Source of the DNA: an uncultured Chloroflexia bacterium
Lineage (GTDB): Bacteria > Chloroflexota > Anaerolineae > B4-G1 > SLSP01
Direction of reading: 5' to 3'
Length of the DNA: 64,000 nt
Assembly: GCA_963751345.1 (NCBI GenBank)
Contig: CAVVUS010000023.1
Coordinates: 160,001 to 224,000, forward strand
Part shown: positions 50,920-60,407 of the stretch, piece after piece
Layout of the letters: the number at the start of each line of letters is the position of its first letter
Numbering within the stretch: the stretch's first letter is position 1
Position numbers and translations under genes: made by a program
Notes under the pieces: generated by a model
Database searches by the model: none
What the model was told of the DNA's origin: nothing
What the model saw: only the letters and a program-made list of their open reading frames with translations

Positions 50920-51377
50920 GCTAGGCGGACCTCGAAGGGATTGGTGGCGAGCAGAGCCTCGGGCAGCGTCTCCACATAGGCGTGGATGTCATCACGGACG
51001 CGCCGGTAGTGATCCAGCGCTTCCTCTTCCGTCTTGGCGTCCTTCGCCAGCTTGGGTGGGTCGTCGAAGCCCTGGTGGACCACCTTGGCTTTCCCCGGAA
51101 AGACCGGGCAGTTTTCCCTGGCGCGGTCGCAGACCGTGACGACATAGTCGAATGGGATGTGCATCAGGTCCCGCACGTGCTTTGTGGTGTGGCCCGAGAT
51201 GTCGATACCCGCTTCTGCCATCACCTTCACTGCCCGTGGATCGAGATCGTGGCGCTCGATACCCGCCGACCACACGTCGATCTGATCGCCCTTGAGATGT
51301 CGCGTCCAGCCCTCAGCCATCTGGCTGCGGCAGGAATTGCCGGTGCACAGAAAGAGCACCTTCAGCTTGTCAGCCAT
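50916..51377 (-). CDS. arsC: Arsenate reductase, thioredoxin-coupled LMW-PTP family
   Basis: VLFLCTGNSCRSQMAEG, VVTVCDRARENCPVFP, FDDP, RRVRDDI. Confidence 0.92.
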   Translation of the reverse strand: MADKLKVLFLCTGNSCRSQMAEGWTRHLKGDQIDVWSAGIERHDLDPRAVKVMAEAGIDISGHTTKHVRDLMHIPFDYVVTVCDRARENCPVFPGKAKVVHQGFDDPPKLAKDAKTEEEALDHYRRVRDDIHAYVETLPEALLATNPFEVRLA

Positions 51378-51392
51378 AGTCGCCTCCAACTG

Positions 51393-51440
51393 TATTCACA
51401 AAACCGAATATATTGTATCATGGACCTTGTCTCAGGGCAA
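51393..51440 (-). promoter_or_regulatory. arsC promoter and putative ArsR operator 2
   Basis: TTGCCC-17-TACAAT with TG extension on the minus strand; TATTC-ACAAAACC-GAATA at 51393-51410. Confidence 0.65.
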
Positions 51441-51548
51441 GCGCACCGCGGACCGGGATGCCGCGCTGCTTGCCAGTGATGGGGAGGTCGCTATGATGGG
51501 AGGGCAGGAGCCGAGAAGTGTTCCTGGAAATATAGCGAGGGGTGAGAC

Positions 51549-53906
51549 ATGGACCACATTGACCTGACGGATCTGTGGCGTTTCCAACCTGACCCGGCGA
51601 GCACCGGCGCAGCCAGAGGGTACGCTGCGCCTGCCTACGACGACCACCGGTGGCGCGAGGTAAGGCTTCCGGCCGATTTCGAGTTGTGCCATCCCGCCCT
51701 GGATACCTACGAGGGTGCCGGATGGTTCAGACGGCGGGTCACCGTCCCGGGCGCTTGGCGTGGCTACAGGGTCGTCCTGCGCTTTGAGGGGATCAATGCC
51801 CACGCGCAGGTCTGGGTGAATGGTGAGCCCGTGGGTATCTGCGGGGACCCTTTCCTGCCGTTTGCGTTCGACGTTGGCGACATGTTGGCCTTCGATGCAC
51901 CGAGCCTCATCGCGGTCTGCGTCGACAACGAGCAGCGGTTGGGGGACGTGCCCGGACGGCAACGCGGGTGGCGCAACTTCGGCGGCATCCTGCGGGAGGT
52001 TGGGCTTTTCAAGACGAGTCGCTGCAGCATCGATGCGTTGCACGTCGATGCCGCGCCCGGGGAGGAGGGCGGCCATTTCACGCTCTCGGCTAGCGTCGTC
52101 AATTCGCTGGATAACGGCGTGCAGGCTACCGTCTCGGCGTCGCTTGCGGATCCCAATGGCGAGGTGTTGGCCAGGATGGTCAGCGGGGCCACCCTTGTCT
52201 CCGTGGGAGAGCGCGTCACGATCTCTGTGGAAGGTGACGTGCCGGGCGTCGAGCCCTGGTCGCCTGACCAGCCGACGCTGTACACGGTCGAGGTGACGCT
52301 CCGGGTAGGGAGCGAGGCGGTGGACACGCGGTCACTGCGCGTGGGCTTCCGCGCGGTCGAGGTGCGGAATGGGCGCTTGATGCTCAATGGCGCACCGATC
52401 TATCTCACAGGCTACAATCGCCACGAGGACTCGCCGGACCGCAACATGCGCACGGATCTGGAGCTGGTGCGCCGGGACCTGACGGCGATGAAGGAGGCCG
52501 GTGCCAACTTCGTCCGCCTCTGCCACTATCCGCATCATCCCGGCGAGCTCGACCTGTGCGATGAGGTAGGGCTGCTCGTGATGGACGAGATCCCCCTGTA
52601 TTGGTGGGACGGGTTGGAGGAGGGGGAAATCGCATCGGCGGAGAAGCTTACGACGGCCAAGCGGCAACTCGAAATGCTCGTGGCGCGAGATCGCAACCAT
52701 CCCTCCGTGATCTTCTGGTCGGTGAGTAACGAAACGCACGAAGAGCGGCCCGAGGTGGCTGCGGGCAACCGCGAGCTGGTGGCCCTGGCGCGTGAGCTTG
52801 ACCCGTCGCGACTGGCGGTTCACGTCAGCGATCATTGGCGAGAAACCCCAAACTTCGATGAGGATGGCGTGATCTGCGTCAATGGCTATCCGAGCATTGG
52901 CCCCCTGATCTACGATCCCGATCCCGATTTCAGCCCTGCGCAGTCCACGGCGTTCTGGCGGGAGGAACTCGCAGCGCTTCACACGCTCTATCCGGACAAA
53001 CCGATCCTGGTGACGGAGTTCGGCTATACCTCATTCTATGGCGTGGTCGATAATGCCTTCAGCGGCGACCAACACGCCGACGTCATCGCGGCTGAATTCG
53101 CCGGGATGGACGCGCCATACGTCTGCGGTGCGACGATCTGGTGCTGGGCCGATCACGCGTGGCCACCCGCGACCTTCAGGTTCTGTGGCTATCTGGCAGT
53201 CAGCCCTTACGGCGTGCTGACTCGCGACCGGCGACGTAAGCCCGCCTATTGGCGGTCCCGTGAGCTTTTCCGCGCCAGGCAGGGGCTCGTCCAGCCGTCC
53301 AAGGTCGGCCAACCTCGCGAGCCTGGTCCCTCGGGCTACGAGGTCTCCATGGTGCGACCTAATCTGCGCGACATCCCGCAGGTCGCCCTGCCCGACGGTT
53401 TCAGCATTCGACCGATGCGCCGGGACGACGGAGCCCTGTGGACGGATATCTGGCGTGATGCGGAGGAGTATGGTCCCATTGGGCCGTGGCTGTTCGAGGA
53501 TCAGTTCGGTGACGATCCGGAGGCGCTGAAATGGCGGGGCTTCATGGTCGAAGATGAACGGGGTGTCGCCGTGGCCACTATCACGGCGTGGTACAACCGG
53601 ACGTACAAGGGTGAGGACTATGGCCAGATCCACTGGGTTGCGGTGCGCAAGGCGTACTGGGGGCGTGGGCTCGGGAAGGCAATGATGACCCACGCCCTCA
53701 ACGAGATGGCGAAATGGCACGACAGGGCATTCCTGGGCACGCAGACCAAGCGTCTGGCCGCCATTAAGGTTTACCTGGACTTCGGGTTCGTGCCGGATCT
53801 GGATCACGAGGGCGCAGGGGAAGCATGGCGAGTCGTGAAGGCGCAGCTGTCGCATCCGGCGCTCGTGACGGTGGGCTGCCGAGCGGTGAACGGAGAGCGC
53901 AAATGA
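51549..53906 (+). CDS. GH2 beta-glucuronidase/galactosidase-like enzyme fused to a C-terminal GNAT acetyltransferase
   Basis: GYNRHED, ANFVRLCHYP, NHPSVIFWSVSNE, PILVTEFG; C-terminal IHWVAVRKAYWGRGLGKAMM..TQTKRLAAIKVYLDFGF. Confidence 0.85.
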   Translation: MDHIDLTDLWRFQPDPASTGAARGYAAPAYDDHRWREVRLPADFELCHPALDTYEGAGWFRRRVTVPGAWRGYRVVLRFEGINAHAQVWVNGEPVGICGDPFLPFAFDVGDMLAFDAPSLIAVCVDNEQRLGDVPGRQRGWRNFGGILREVGLFKTSRCSIDALHVDAAPGEEGGHFTLSASVVNSLDNGVQATVSASLADPNGEVLARMVSGATLVSVGERVTISVEGDVPGVEPWSPDQPTLYTVEVTLRVGSEAVDTRSLRVGFRAVEVRNGRLMLNGAPIYLTGYNRHEDSPDRNMRTDLELVRRDLTAMKEAGANFVRLCHYPHHPGELDLCDEVGLLVMDEIPLYWWDGLEEGEIASAEKLTTAKRQLEMLVARDRNHPSVIFWSVSNETHEERPEVAAGNRELVALARELDPSRLAVHVSDHWRETPNFDEDGVICVNGYPSIGPLIYDPDPDFSPAQSTAFWREELAALHTLYPDKPILVTEFGYTSFYGVVDNAFSGDQHADVIAAEFAGMDAPYVCGATIWCWADHAWPPATFRFCGYLAVSPYGVLTRDRRRKPAYWRSRELFRARQGLVQPSKVGQPREPGPSGYEVSMVRPNLRDIPQVALPDGFSIRPMRRDDGALWTDIWRDAEEYGPIGPWLFEDQFGDDPEALKWRGFMVEDERGVAVATITAWYNRTYKGEDYGQIHWVAVRKAYWGRGLGKAMMTHALNEMAKWHDRAFLGTQTKRLAAIKVYLDFGFVPDLDHEGAGEAWRVVKAQLSHPALVTVGCRAVNGERK

Positions 53907-54994
53907 TTGAGCGGTACCTGGATGATCTGGAGTCGCGGATCGACCCGCAGGTGGAGGACGCGCTGTGGGACGACTGGATGGGGTTTGTCGAGGGTGCGTT
54001 CGAGGGCGACATCTTCTCACCCACGGGTCAAGGTGTCGCCGACCGGCGTTGACTGGCCTCACGTCTTGGTCAATGAGGCGCTGGATAGCTACGAGGCGAT
54101 GGCGCTGCAGCAGCTTGGCCCTTGCTCGGACGCGCTGGCAAGCGGCACCGGCCATCTGATGGCCGTGCGGTGCAACTACGGCACCGGGATCCTGCCCTCG
54201 CTCTTCGGTGCGGAGCTCTTCGTGATGGATCGCGAGACCGACACGCTTCCGACGGTAGTTCCGCTGGGTGGTCTGGAGGCCACACGCCTCGACGCGTCGC
54301 TGGTCCGAGCGGATACATCCAAGGCCGCGGGCGCCGTGCGGGCGCTGCTGGCGGGGGGCGTCCCGGATCTCACGGGCGGGTTAGGGGGCAAGGTATTCGA
54401 GACGGCGGAGTACTACGCCGAACTCTTCGCGCCCTATCCGAAGATCCGCCGTACGTTCACCTCTATCACCCCGATCTGCAGGGACCAATGGACATCTGCG
54501 AGCTGCTCTGGGGCAGCTCGCTCTTCGTCGCCCTCGTCGAGGCGCCGGATCTGGTGACCGATCTGCTCGACTTGGTGACCGAGACCTACGTCGCGTTTAT
54601 GGACAGGTGGTTGGCACAGGTGCCGCCGGACGATGGACCTGCCGTCCACTGGTCGATGGCCCACTTGGGCACGATTATGGTGCGGGATGACTCGGCGATG
54701 AACCTCTCGCCACGTATGTTCGACCGATTCATCCGGCCCTACGACGGGCGCCTCTTTGACTACGGCGGGGGCGCGCTCCACTTTTGTGGCCGGGGCGACC
54801 ACTACATCCGCAGTGCCTCGGAGATCCCGGGTGTGACCGCGATCAATATGTCGCAGCCGGAGTACAACGATATGGATACGATCTTCGACCACACGGTGGA
54901 GAAGGGGATCAACATCATCGGCTTGCCCCGCGAGGCCGCGGAGTCGGCGCTGGCGCGTGGGCGCGACCTGCACGGCCGCGTTCACTGCTGGTAG
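53903..54994 (+). CDS. Uroporphyrinogen decarboxylase/MtaA-like TIM-barrel protein (frameshifts near 54020 and 54450)
   Basis: NYGTGILPSLFG, PDLQGPMDICELLWG, RDDSAMNLSPRMFDRFIRPY, LHFCGRG; ATGA overlap with the GH2 gene. Confidence 0.7.
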
Positions 54995-55006
54995 AAGGAG
55001 GTTGCG

Positions 55007-55800
55007 ATGCGCGCTAAAGATCTACAAGCCTATTTCCGCTCGCTCAACGGCGGGTGGATGAATCTCAACCAGACGGTCGATACTTTCAAGAGCGGTAGTC
55101 CCGACGTCGAGGTGAAGGGGATTGCCGTGTCGTGGATGAGCACGCGTGAGGCGCTTGTGCAAGCGTCCGAGCTTGGATGCAACATCTTCGTCACCCACGA
55201 GCCGACTTACTACAATCACAGGGACGACCCGAACGACCGCATCTTCAAGTTTGCCGGCGCACAGGAGAAGCGAGAGTTCGTTGAGGCCGGCGGCATCACG
55301 ATCATCCGGTGCCACGATCTGTGGGACCAGGTCCCTGAGATAGGGATTCCCGATGCTTGGGGTGGGGCGCTCGGCTTTGGCCGGGCCGTGGCCGGCGAGG
55401 GGTACTATCGCGTCTACGACGTCGGCGGGCGAACGGCGGGCGATGTTGCGCGACAGGTGGCAGAGCGCACGCAAACTTTGGCCAAGAGGCCGTGCAGTTG
55501 GTCGGCCATCCGGAGACGCCGGTAAGTCGGGTCGCGATCGGCACCGGGGCGATCACACAGCTTTTCGTCTACGTTCGTGAGTTTGGCGTGTCCTCCGAGC
55601 ATCCCGTCGACCTCGCGATCTGTACGGATGACGGGTTCACCTACTGGCAGCACGGGGCGTATGCGCTGGACGTAGGGCTGCCGGTGATCATCGTCAACCA
55701 CGCTACCAGCGAGGAGCCGGGCATGATGCAGTTGGCGGAGCACCTGAAGAAGCGGTTCCCCGAGGTGCCGGTGCACTTCATTCCGCGGGGATGCCTGTAA
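55007..55800 (+). CDS. Nif3-like dinuclear metal centre protein (frameshift near 55475)
   Basis: TVDTFKSG..VKGIAV, VTHEPTYY, RCHDLWD, NHATSEEPGM. Confidence 0.8.
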
Positions 55801-56063
55801 GGTTGGTCCCGGCCGCATTCTAGACTGCACCCGGGCGTGTCCGGCCCCGGTAAGACTCCATTCGGCGGAGCATACCCGTTTGGCCTCCGGTCTACACTCC
55901 GAGCTGCCAAACATCGCTGGGGAGGGAAACCCCAAGGTCTAGGTAGGACCTACGACCAAAGTCTGAGATGCGGTTCGGCCCCTGTGCTGATGCCGGCACC
56001 GCCGGACGCCTGTAGAGTGAACTATAGGCTCCAATGTGTCACTAGCAGCAGGAGGGTAAAGCA

Positions 56064-56482
56064 ATGAGAATCAAAGTCACTTGGTTAGCGGCCTTGGTCG
56101 CTGTCTTGGCGGTGACGTTGTTAGTGCCGGCGACGACAGAGGCGGCACCGGCGCAGTGGAATTCGTGTACGCAGTGGCACACCGTCGGGTGGGGAGAGAA
56201 CCTATACCGGATCTCACTCTACTACGGGACGACGGTGGGCCGGCTCCAGGCGCTGAATGGCATTGCCAATCCGAACTACGTCCGGTACGGCCAGGCGCTT
56301 TGTGTGCGTGGCGGGGCTTCATTCCCCTACGGACACCACGGCTTCTCCTACACCGTTCGGTATGGCGATACCCTTTACGGCATCGGGCAGCGCTTCGGCG
56401 TGAGCGTGTGGTCGCTTGCTACTATAACCACCTTCCGTATCCCAACTGGATCTATGCAGGTCAGGTCCTATGGATTCCCTGA
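56064..56482 (+). CDS. Secreted two-LysM peptidoglycan-binding protein (frameshift near 56425)
   Basis: Signal peptide; HTVGWGENLYRISLYYG..NGIANPNYVRYGQ; YTVRYGDTLYGIGQRFG..PNWIYAGQVLWIP. Confidence 0.85.
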
Positions 56483-56490
56483 TCGTCCGA

Positions 56491-56519
56491 GGCCCGCGGC
56501 GCATGATACGCCGCGGGCC
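56491..56519. terminator. GC-rich hairpin between convergent genes
   Basis: GGCCCGCGGCG-CATGATA-CGCCGCGGGCC. Confidence 0.55.
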
Positions 56520-56536
56520 GCCGGGCACGCGCCGTT

Positions 56537-58108
56537 TCAGGGTGCGTGACCTGTCAGCGGAATGACAGCGCGCACGCAGGTTCCTCCGGCGGGCGCGCTG
56601 TTGATGATGAGACGTCCCCCCAGGTGTTGTGTGCGTTCCCGCATCGACTGCAGGCCAAAGTGCCCCGGATAGATCCTGCCGGCGTCGAAGCCGGCACCGT
56701 CGTCCTCGATTAGCAGCGTGATCTCCCCGTCTGCCGGGATAAGTTGGACACGGACGTTGGTGGCCTGCGCGTGTTTGACGACGTTGCTCAGTGCCTCGTG
56801 GGCGATGCGGTAGAGAGCCTCCTTCACCTCGCCGGCACCTTGGGCTCGTCGGGGAAATCGGTCGAGATCCGCAGTTTGTAGCGCGCGCAGAGGCCGGTCA
56901 CCTGTTTGTCCAGGGCGGAGACCAAGCCGTCTTCCTCCAGCACGTCGGGCCGCAGCTCCAGGAGGATGGCGCGCATGTCGGTCAGCGCGGTCTCGGCCAG
57001 GTCCAGCACGTACGTCAATGCCTGCATCGCCCGGTCGGGCTCGGTGTTCAGGCTAGCGCACGCCGTACGGACGCCCAACCCAATGCCATAGAGCGCTTGG
57101 GAAACGGAGTCGTGAAGCTCGCGCGCGATGCGTTGGCGCTCCTGGAGGATGGCAAGATGCTGCGCAGCTTCGTGGAGGCGTGCGTTGTCAAAGGCAACCG
57201 CTACCTGGTTGGCGAAGGCAAGGGCCAGGTTGGCGTGGAGCAGCGAGAAGTGACCGGGGTCGGCGTGCTCCAGCGCGAGCACGCCGATCAGGCGGTCCTT
57301 GGCCATCAGCGGAACGCCCAGCCATGAGGCGCAGTGGTGCGCGAGGACGCCGAGATGCTTGCCCCACGAATGCTGCCATGCCCGCGCACGCGGCGTCGCC
57401 GCGTGGACGTTCGGGATCGTGAGGGGCCGCCGCCGGTCGAGCACCATGCGGATGTGTTCGAGCTGGTCCGGGGGCCAGTAACGGGGCAGGTCGAGGATGG
57501 CCCACGGCCCCCGGGTGTCGAGCAAGGTGAGTCCCCCATCGTCATTCGTCGCGAAGATCGTGGCTGCGTCGTACGTGACGACCTCGGCGAGCAGGTCGAG
57601 CGTCTTGGCAAGCAGGGGCTCAAGTTGGAGAGTCGACGCCACGTCGCGCGAGATCTGCAACAGGATGGAGAGCTCACGTGTGCGCTCCCGTACTCGCATT
57701 TCCAGACCCTGTATGGCGTGGGCCCGGTTGGTTACGTCGCGCACGACGCTGAGCACGTGTGGCTCACCCCCGTGGATGAAACCGCTGCTGCGTACTTCCG
57801 CGTCGAAGAGCGTGCCGTCGCGTCGCCGGCCCACAGCCTGCACGACGGACCCCTCGTCTCTCTCGATTCGCCCGGGTGTGGCCTTGAGGAGGGCGTGGCT
57901 CGGCGTCGATCAGGGCGGAGAGCTTCAGCCCGATCGCGTCCCTGCGTTTATACCCGTACATCACGCAGGCGGCGGGGTTGATCTCCACGATGCGTCCGTC
58001 CCTCCCCGTGACGATCAGGGCATCGCCCGTCGCATCGAAGATGGCGCGAAACCGGGCCTCACTCTCCCCAGCGGCGGTCTCGCGGTTCGGCGCGCGCTGG
58101 TCGGACAT
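56537..58108 (-). CDS. PAS-GAF sensor histidine kinase, HisKA_3 type (frameshifts near 57880 and 56830)
   Basis: RFRAIFDA..INPAAC (PAS); GAF LGVPL..IGVL; ERQRIARELHDSVSQ; EALSNVVKHA, DDGAGF, HFGLQSMRER. Confidence 0.88.
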
Positions 58109-58749
58109 CAGGTACTTTCGTCGAGGGTGATCAGGCCGGTCCTGACGGCGTAGAGAGCCGCTTCGGTGCGGCTGAGCACACCGAGCTTGCCGAGGACGTT
58201 GCTGACGTGGGTTTTGACGGTTTTCTCGGTGATGCCGAGCGAGAAACCGATCTGGCGGTTCGTCTTTCCCGATGCGATAAGACAGAGCACCTCGGACTCA
58301 CGCGGCGTCAGGTCCACCGGATCGTCTGACAGGTCGACGTGCGCGATCAGACGCATCGCGGCTTCGTGGGAGAGCTGAACCTGTCCGGCCGCCGCGGCCT
58401 TGATCGCCTTACAGAGCTCGTCGCCTCCGGTGTCCTTGAGCAGGTAGCCCATAGCACCCACGCGAATGGCGTCGTAGACGAGTTTGTCTTCCAGGACGCT
58501 GGTGAGGGCGATGACCTCGGTGTCGGGTAGTGCCTTGCGAATGGCCTCCGTCGCCGCGATCCCGTCCATCTCCGGCATCAGGAGGTCCATCAGCACCACA
58601 TCCGGTCTCAGTTCGGCGGCCTTCTCGACGGCTTCGACACCGTTTTCGGCCTCGCCAACCACCGCCAACTCGCGATCCAGCCCCAGGAACATTCGCAGAC
58701 CCTGCCGAACGACGGCATGGTCATCCACAATAAGGACGCGAACGCTCAC
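58108..58749 (-). CDS. NarL/LuxR family response regulator
   Basis: VLIVDDHAVVRQG, DVVLMDLLMP, GYLLKD, LTPRESEVL..TVKTHVSN. Confidence 0.93.
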   Translation of the reverse strand: MSVRVLIVDDHAVVRQGLRMFLGLDRELAVVGEAENGVEAVEKAAELRPDVVLMDLLMPEMDGIAATEAIRKALPDTEVIALTSVLEDKLVYDAIRVGAMGYLLKDTGGDELCKAIKAAAAGQVQLSHEAAMRLIAHVDLSDDPVDLTPRESEVLCLIASGKTNRQIGFSLGITEKTVKTHVSNVLGKLGVLSRTEAALYAVRTGLITLDEST

Positions 58750-58819
58750 TTGGTTAGTTACCCCTTTCGATGGGCGGGCTTTGGGCCCCCCGGCGGACCC
58801 AAAGCCCCAGGTTGCGCCG

Positions 58820-59803
58820 TTACTCGGCGTACACGGCCTCCTGGAGGCCGCGCAGATAGCCGATGGCGAAGAGCCGGCCGATGCTGGAGTAGCTCGGCCG
58901 TGAGTTGTCGTCGCCCTCCATCGTGGGGACGTGGTCGGGGCGGCAGACGCCGTCAAATCCGACGTCGCGATAGGCCCTCATGCACGCCAGCATGTCGGTC
59001 TTGCCCTCGTCGTGGAAGGTCTCCACGAACTTCTTCACCGTGCCGCGGACGTCGCGGAAGTGGACGAAGAAGATCTTCTTCTGCTCGCCGAACTTGCGGA
59101 TGGCCGCCGGAAGGTCGTCGGTCATCAAGGTGAAGTTGCCCTGGCAGAGCGCGATGCCGTTGACAGGGCTGGGGACGAGGTCCAGGAGCCGCTGGTAGTT
59201 GTCGATGCTGCGCATGATGCGCGCCAGGCCCCGGATCGGTGAGAGGGGCGGATCATCGGGATGCATCGCCAGCTTCACACCCGCTTCCTCGGCGACCGGG
59301 ACGATGATCTTGAGGAAGGACTCCAGATTCTCCCAAAGAACGTCGTCCTCCACCACACCGTACTCGGTGAGGGGGGCGTTCTTGATCAACTCGTAATCGA
59401 AGCTGGTGGCGAGCGCGCCGCCACGTGCGGGCGTCGTGGTCGATGTGCGCATCCAGTTCATGATAGGCATCCACTCATAGCACCAGCAGGGGATGCCGAG
59501 CTTGCCCATATTCGTGATCAGGTCGATGACGTACTCGATCTCCTGGTCCTTTCCCGGCAGGCCCAGCTTGATCTTGTTCATCGGCGGACGGCTTTCCAGC
59601 ACGTCAAGGGTGAAGCCGTAGTCTTCGTACATCGTCTTGAGCCGCACGAGCGACATGTAGCTCCAGGGCAAGCGCTCCTTGGGCACATCAAGGCCGCCGC
59701 GACGTAGATCCATGCCGCCGACGGCGTGCGTGACGCCGGCTTGCTTGACCATGGTCCAAAGTGAAGAAGGATGGGGGGGCAACATCTCTGCGATCTTGAT
59801 CAT
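58820..59803 (-). CDS. uxuA: Mannonate dehydratase
   Basis: [56 protein letters not shown]. Confidence 0.9.
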   Translation of the reverse strand: MIKIAEMLPPHPSSLWTMVKQAGVTHAVGGMDLRRGGLDVPKERLPWSYMSLVRLKTMYEDYGFTLDVLESRPPMNKIKLGLPGKDQEIEYVIDLITNMGKLGIPCWCYEWMPIMNWMRTSTTTPARGGALATSFDYELIKNAPLTEYGVVEDDVLWENLESFLKIIVPVAEEAGVKLAMHPDDPPLSPIRGLARIMRSIDNYQRLLDLVPSPVNGIALCQGNFTLMTDDLPAAIRKFGEQKKIFFVHFRDVRGTVKKFVETFHDEGKTDMLACMRAYRDVGFDGVCRPDHVPTMEGDDNSRPSYSSIGRLFAIGYLRGLQEAVYAE

Positions 59804-59879
59804 ACGTTGGCTCCTTGGGTGATGGTATCATTGGTATGTTAGCAGGATTGATGGCTAATGCGAACCGGTATGCGTGGCC

Positions 59880-60407
59880 TCACCTACACTTGCTTCTATA
59901 AGCAAGGGAACGTCCGTCGATGGCGCGGGCGACTGCCAGAACGCCGTCGAGGTGGTCACACTCGTGCTGTAGAAGCTCCGACAGGTCGCCCTCGAGGTGC
60001 ACCACGCGTTCGCGCCAGGTCAGGTCGCGGTAGACGATGTCGCACGAGGCGTGGCGTTTCAGGCGGACAAGGAGATCCGGGAAGCTCATGCAGTCGTCCC
60101 AGAGCTCGATCATGGCCTCACTCTTATGGGTTAGCACGGGGTTGAAGAGCGGGGTGGGGGTGTCGATGCCGCTGTCGTTGGCGTCGGTCACGTTGCTGAC
60201 GCGCTCAAGGAAAACGATGCGCTTCATCACGCCGATCTGGGGCGCGGCAATGGCCCGGCCGACGCCGTGCCTTGCTCGGAACGCGAGCAACGTGTCGCGC
60301 AGATCCTGAACGGCTGGGCCGAGCGACTCGAGTTCCTCGCGTCTCACAGGGGCGCAGACTTCGTAGAGCTTGGGGTTGCCCAACAGCAGGATGTCACGGA
60401 TGGCCAT
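59880..60407 (-). CDS. def: Peptide deformylase (variant motifs)
   Basis: GRAIAAPQIG, WDDCMSFP, QHECDHLDG. Confidence 0.8.
   Translation of the reverse strand: MAIRDILLLGNPKLYEVCAPVRREELESLGPAVQDLRDTLLAFRARHGVGRAIAAPQIGVMKRIVFLERVSNVTDANDSGIDTPTPLFNPVLTHKSEAMIELWDDCMSFPDLLVRLKRHASCDIVYRDLTWRERVVHLEGDLSELLQHECDHLDGVLAVARAIDGRSLAYRSKCR

Noticed and set aside
55830-55930. c-di-GMP or c-di-AMP riboswitch upstream of the LysM gene
   Set aside because: Only the fragment GCCTCCGGTCTA resembles c-di-GMP-I; the GGCAAAC/GAAA core and ydaO motifs are absent
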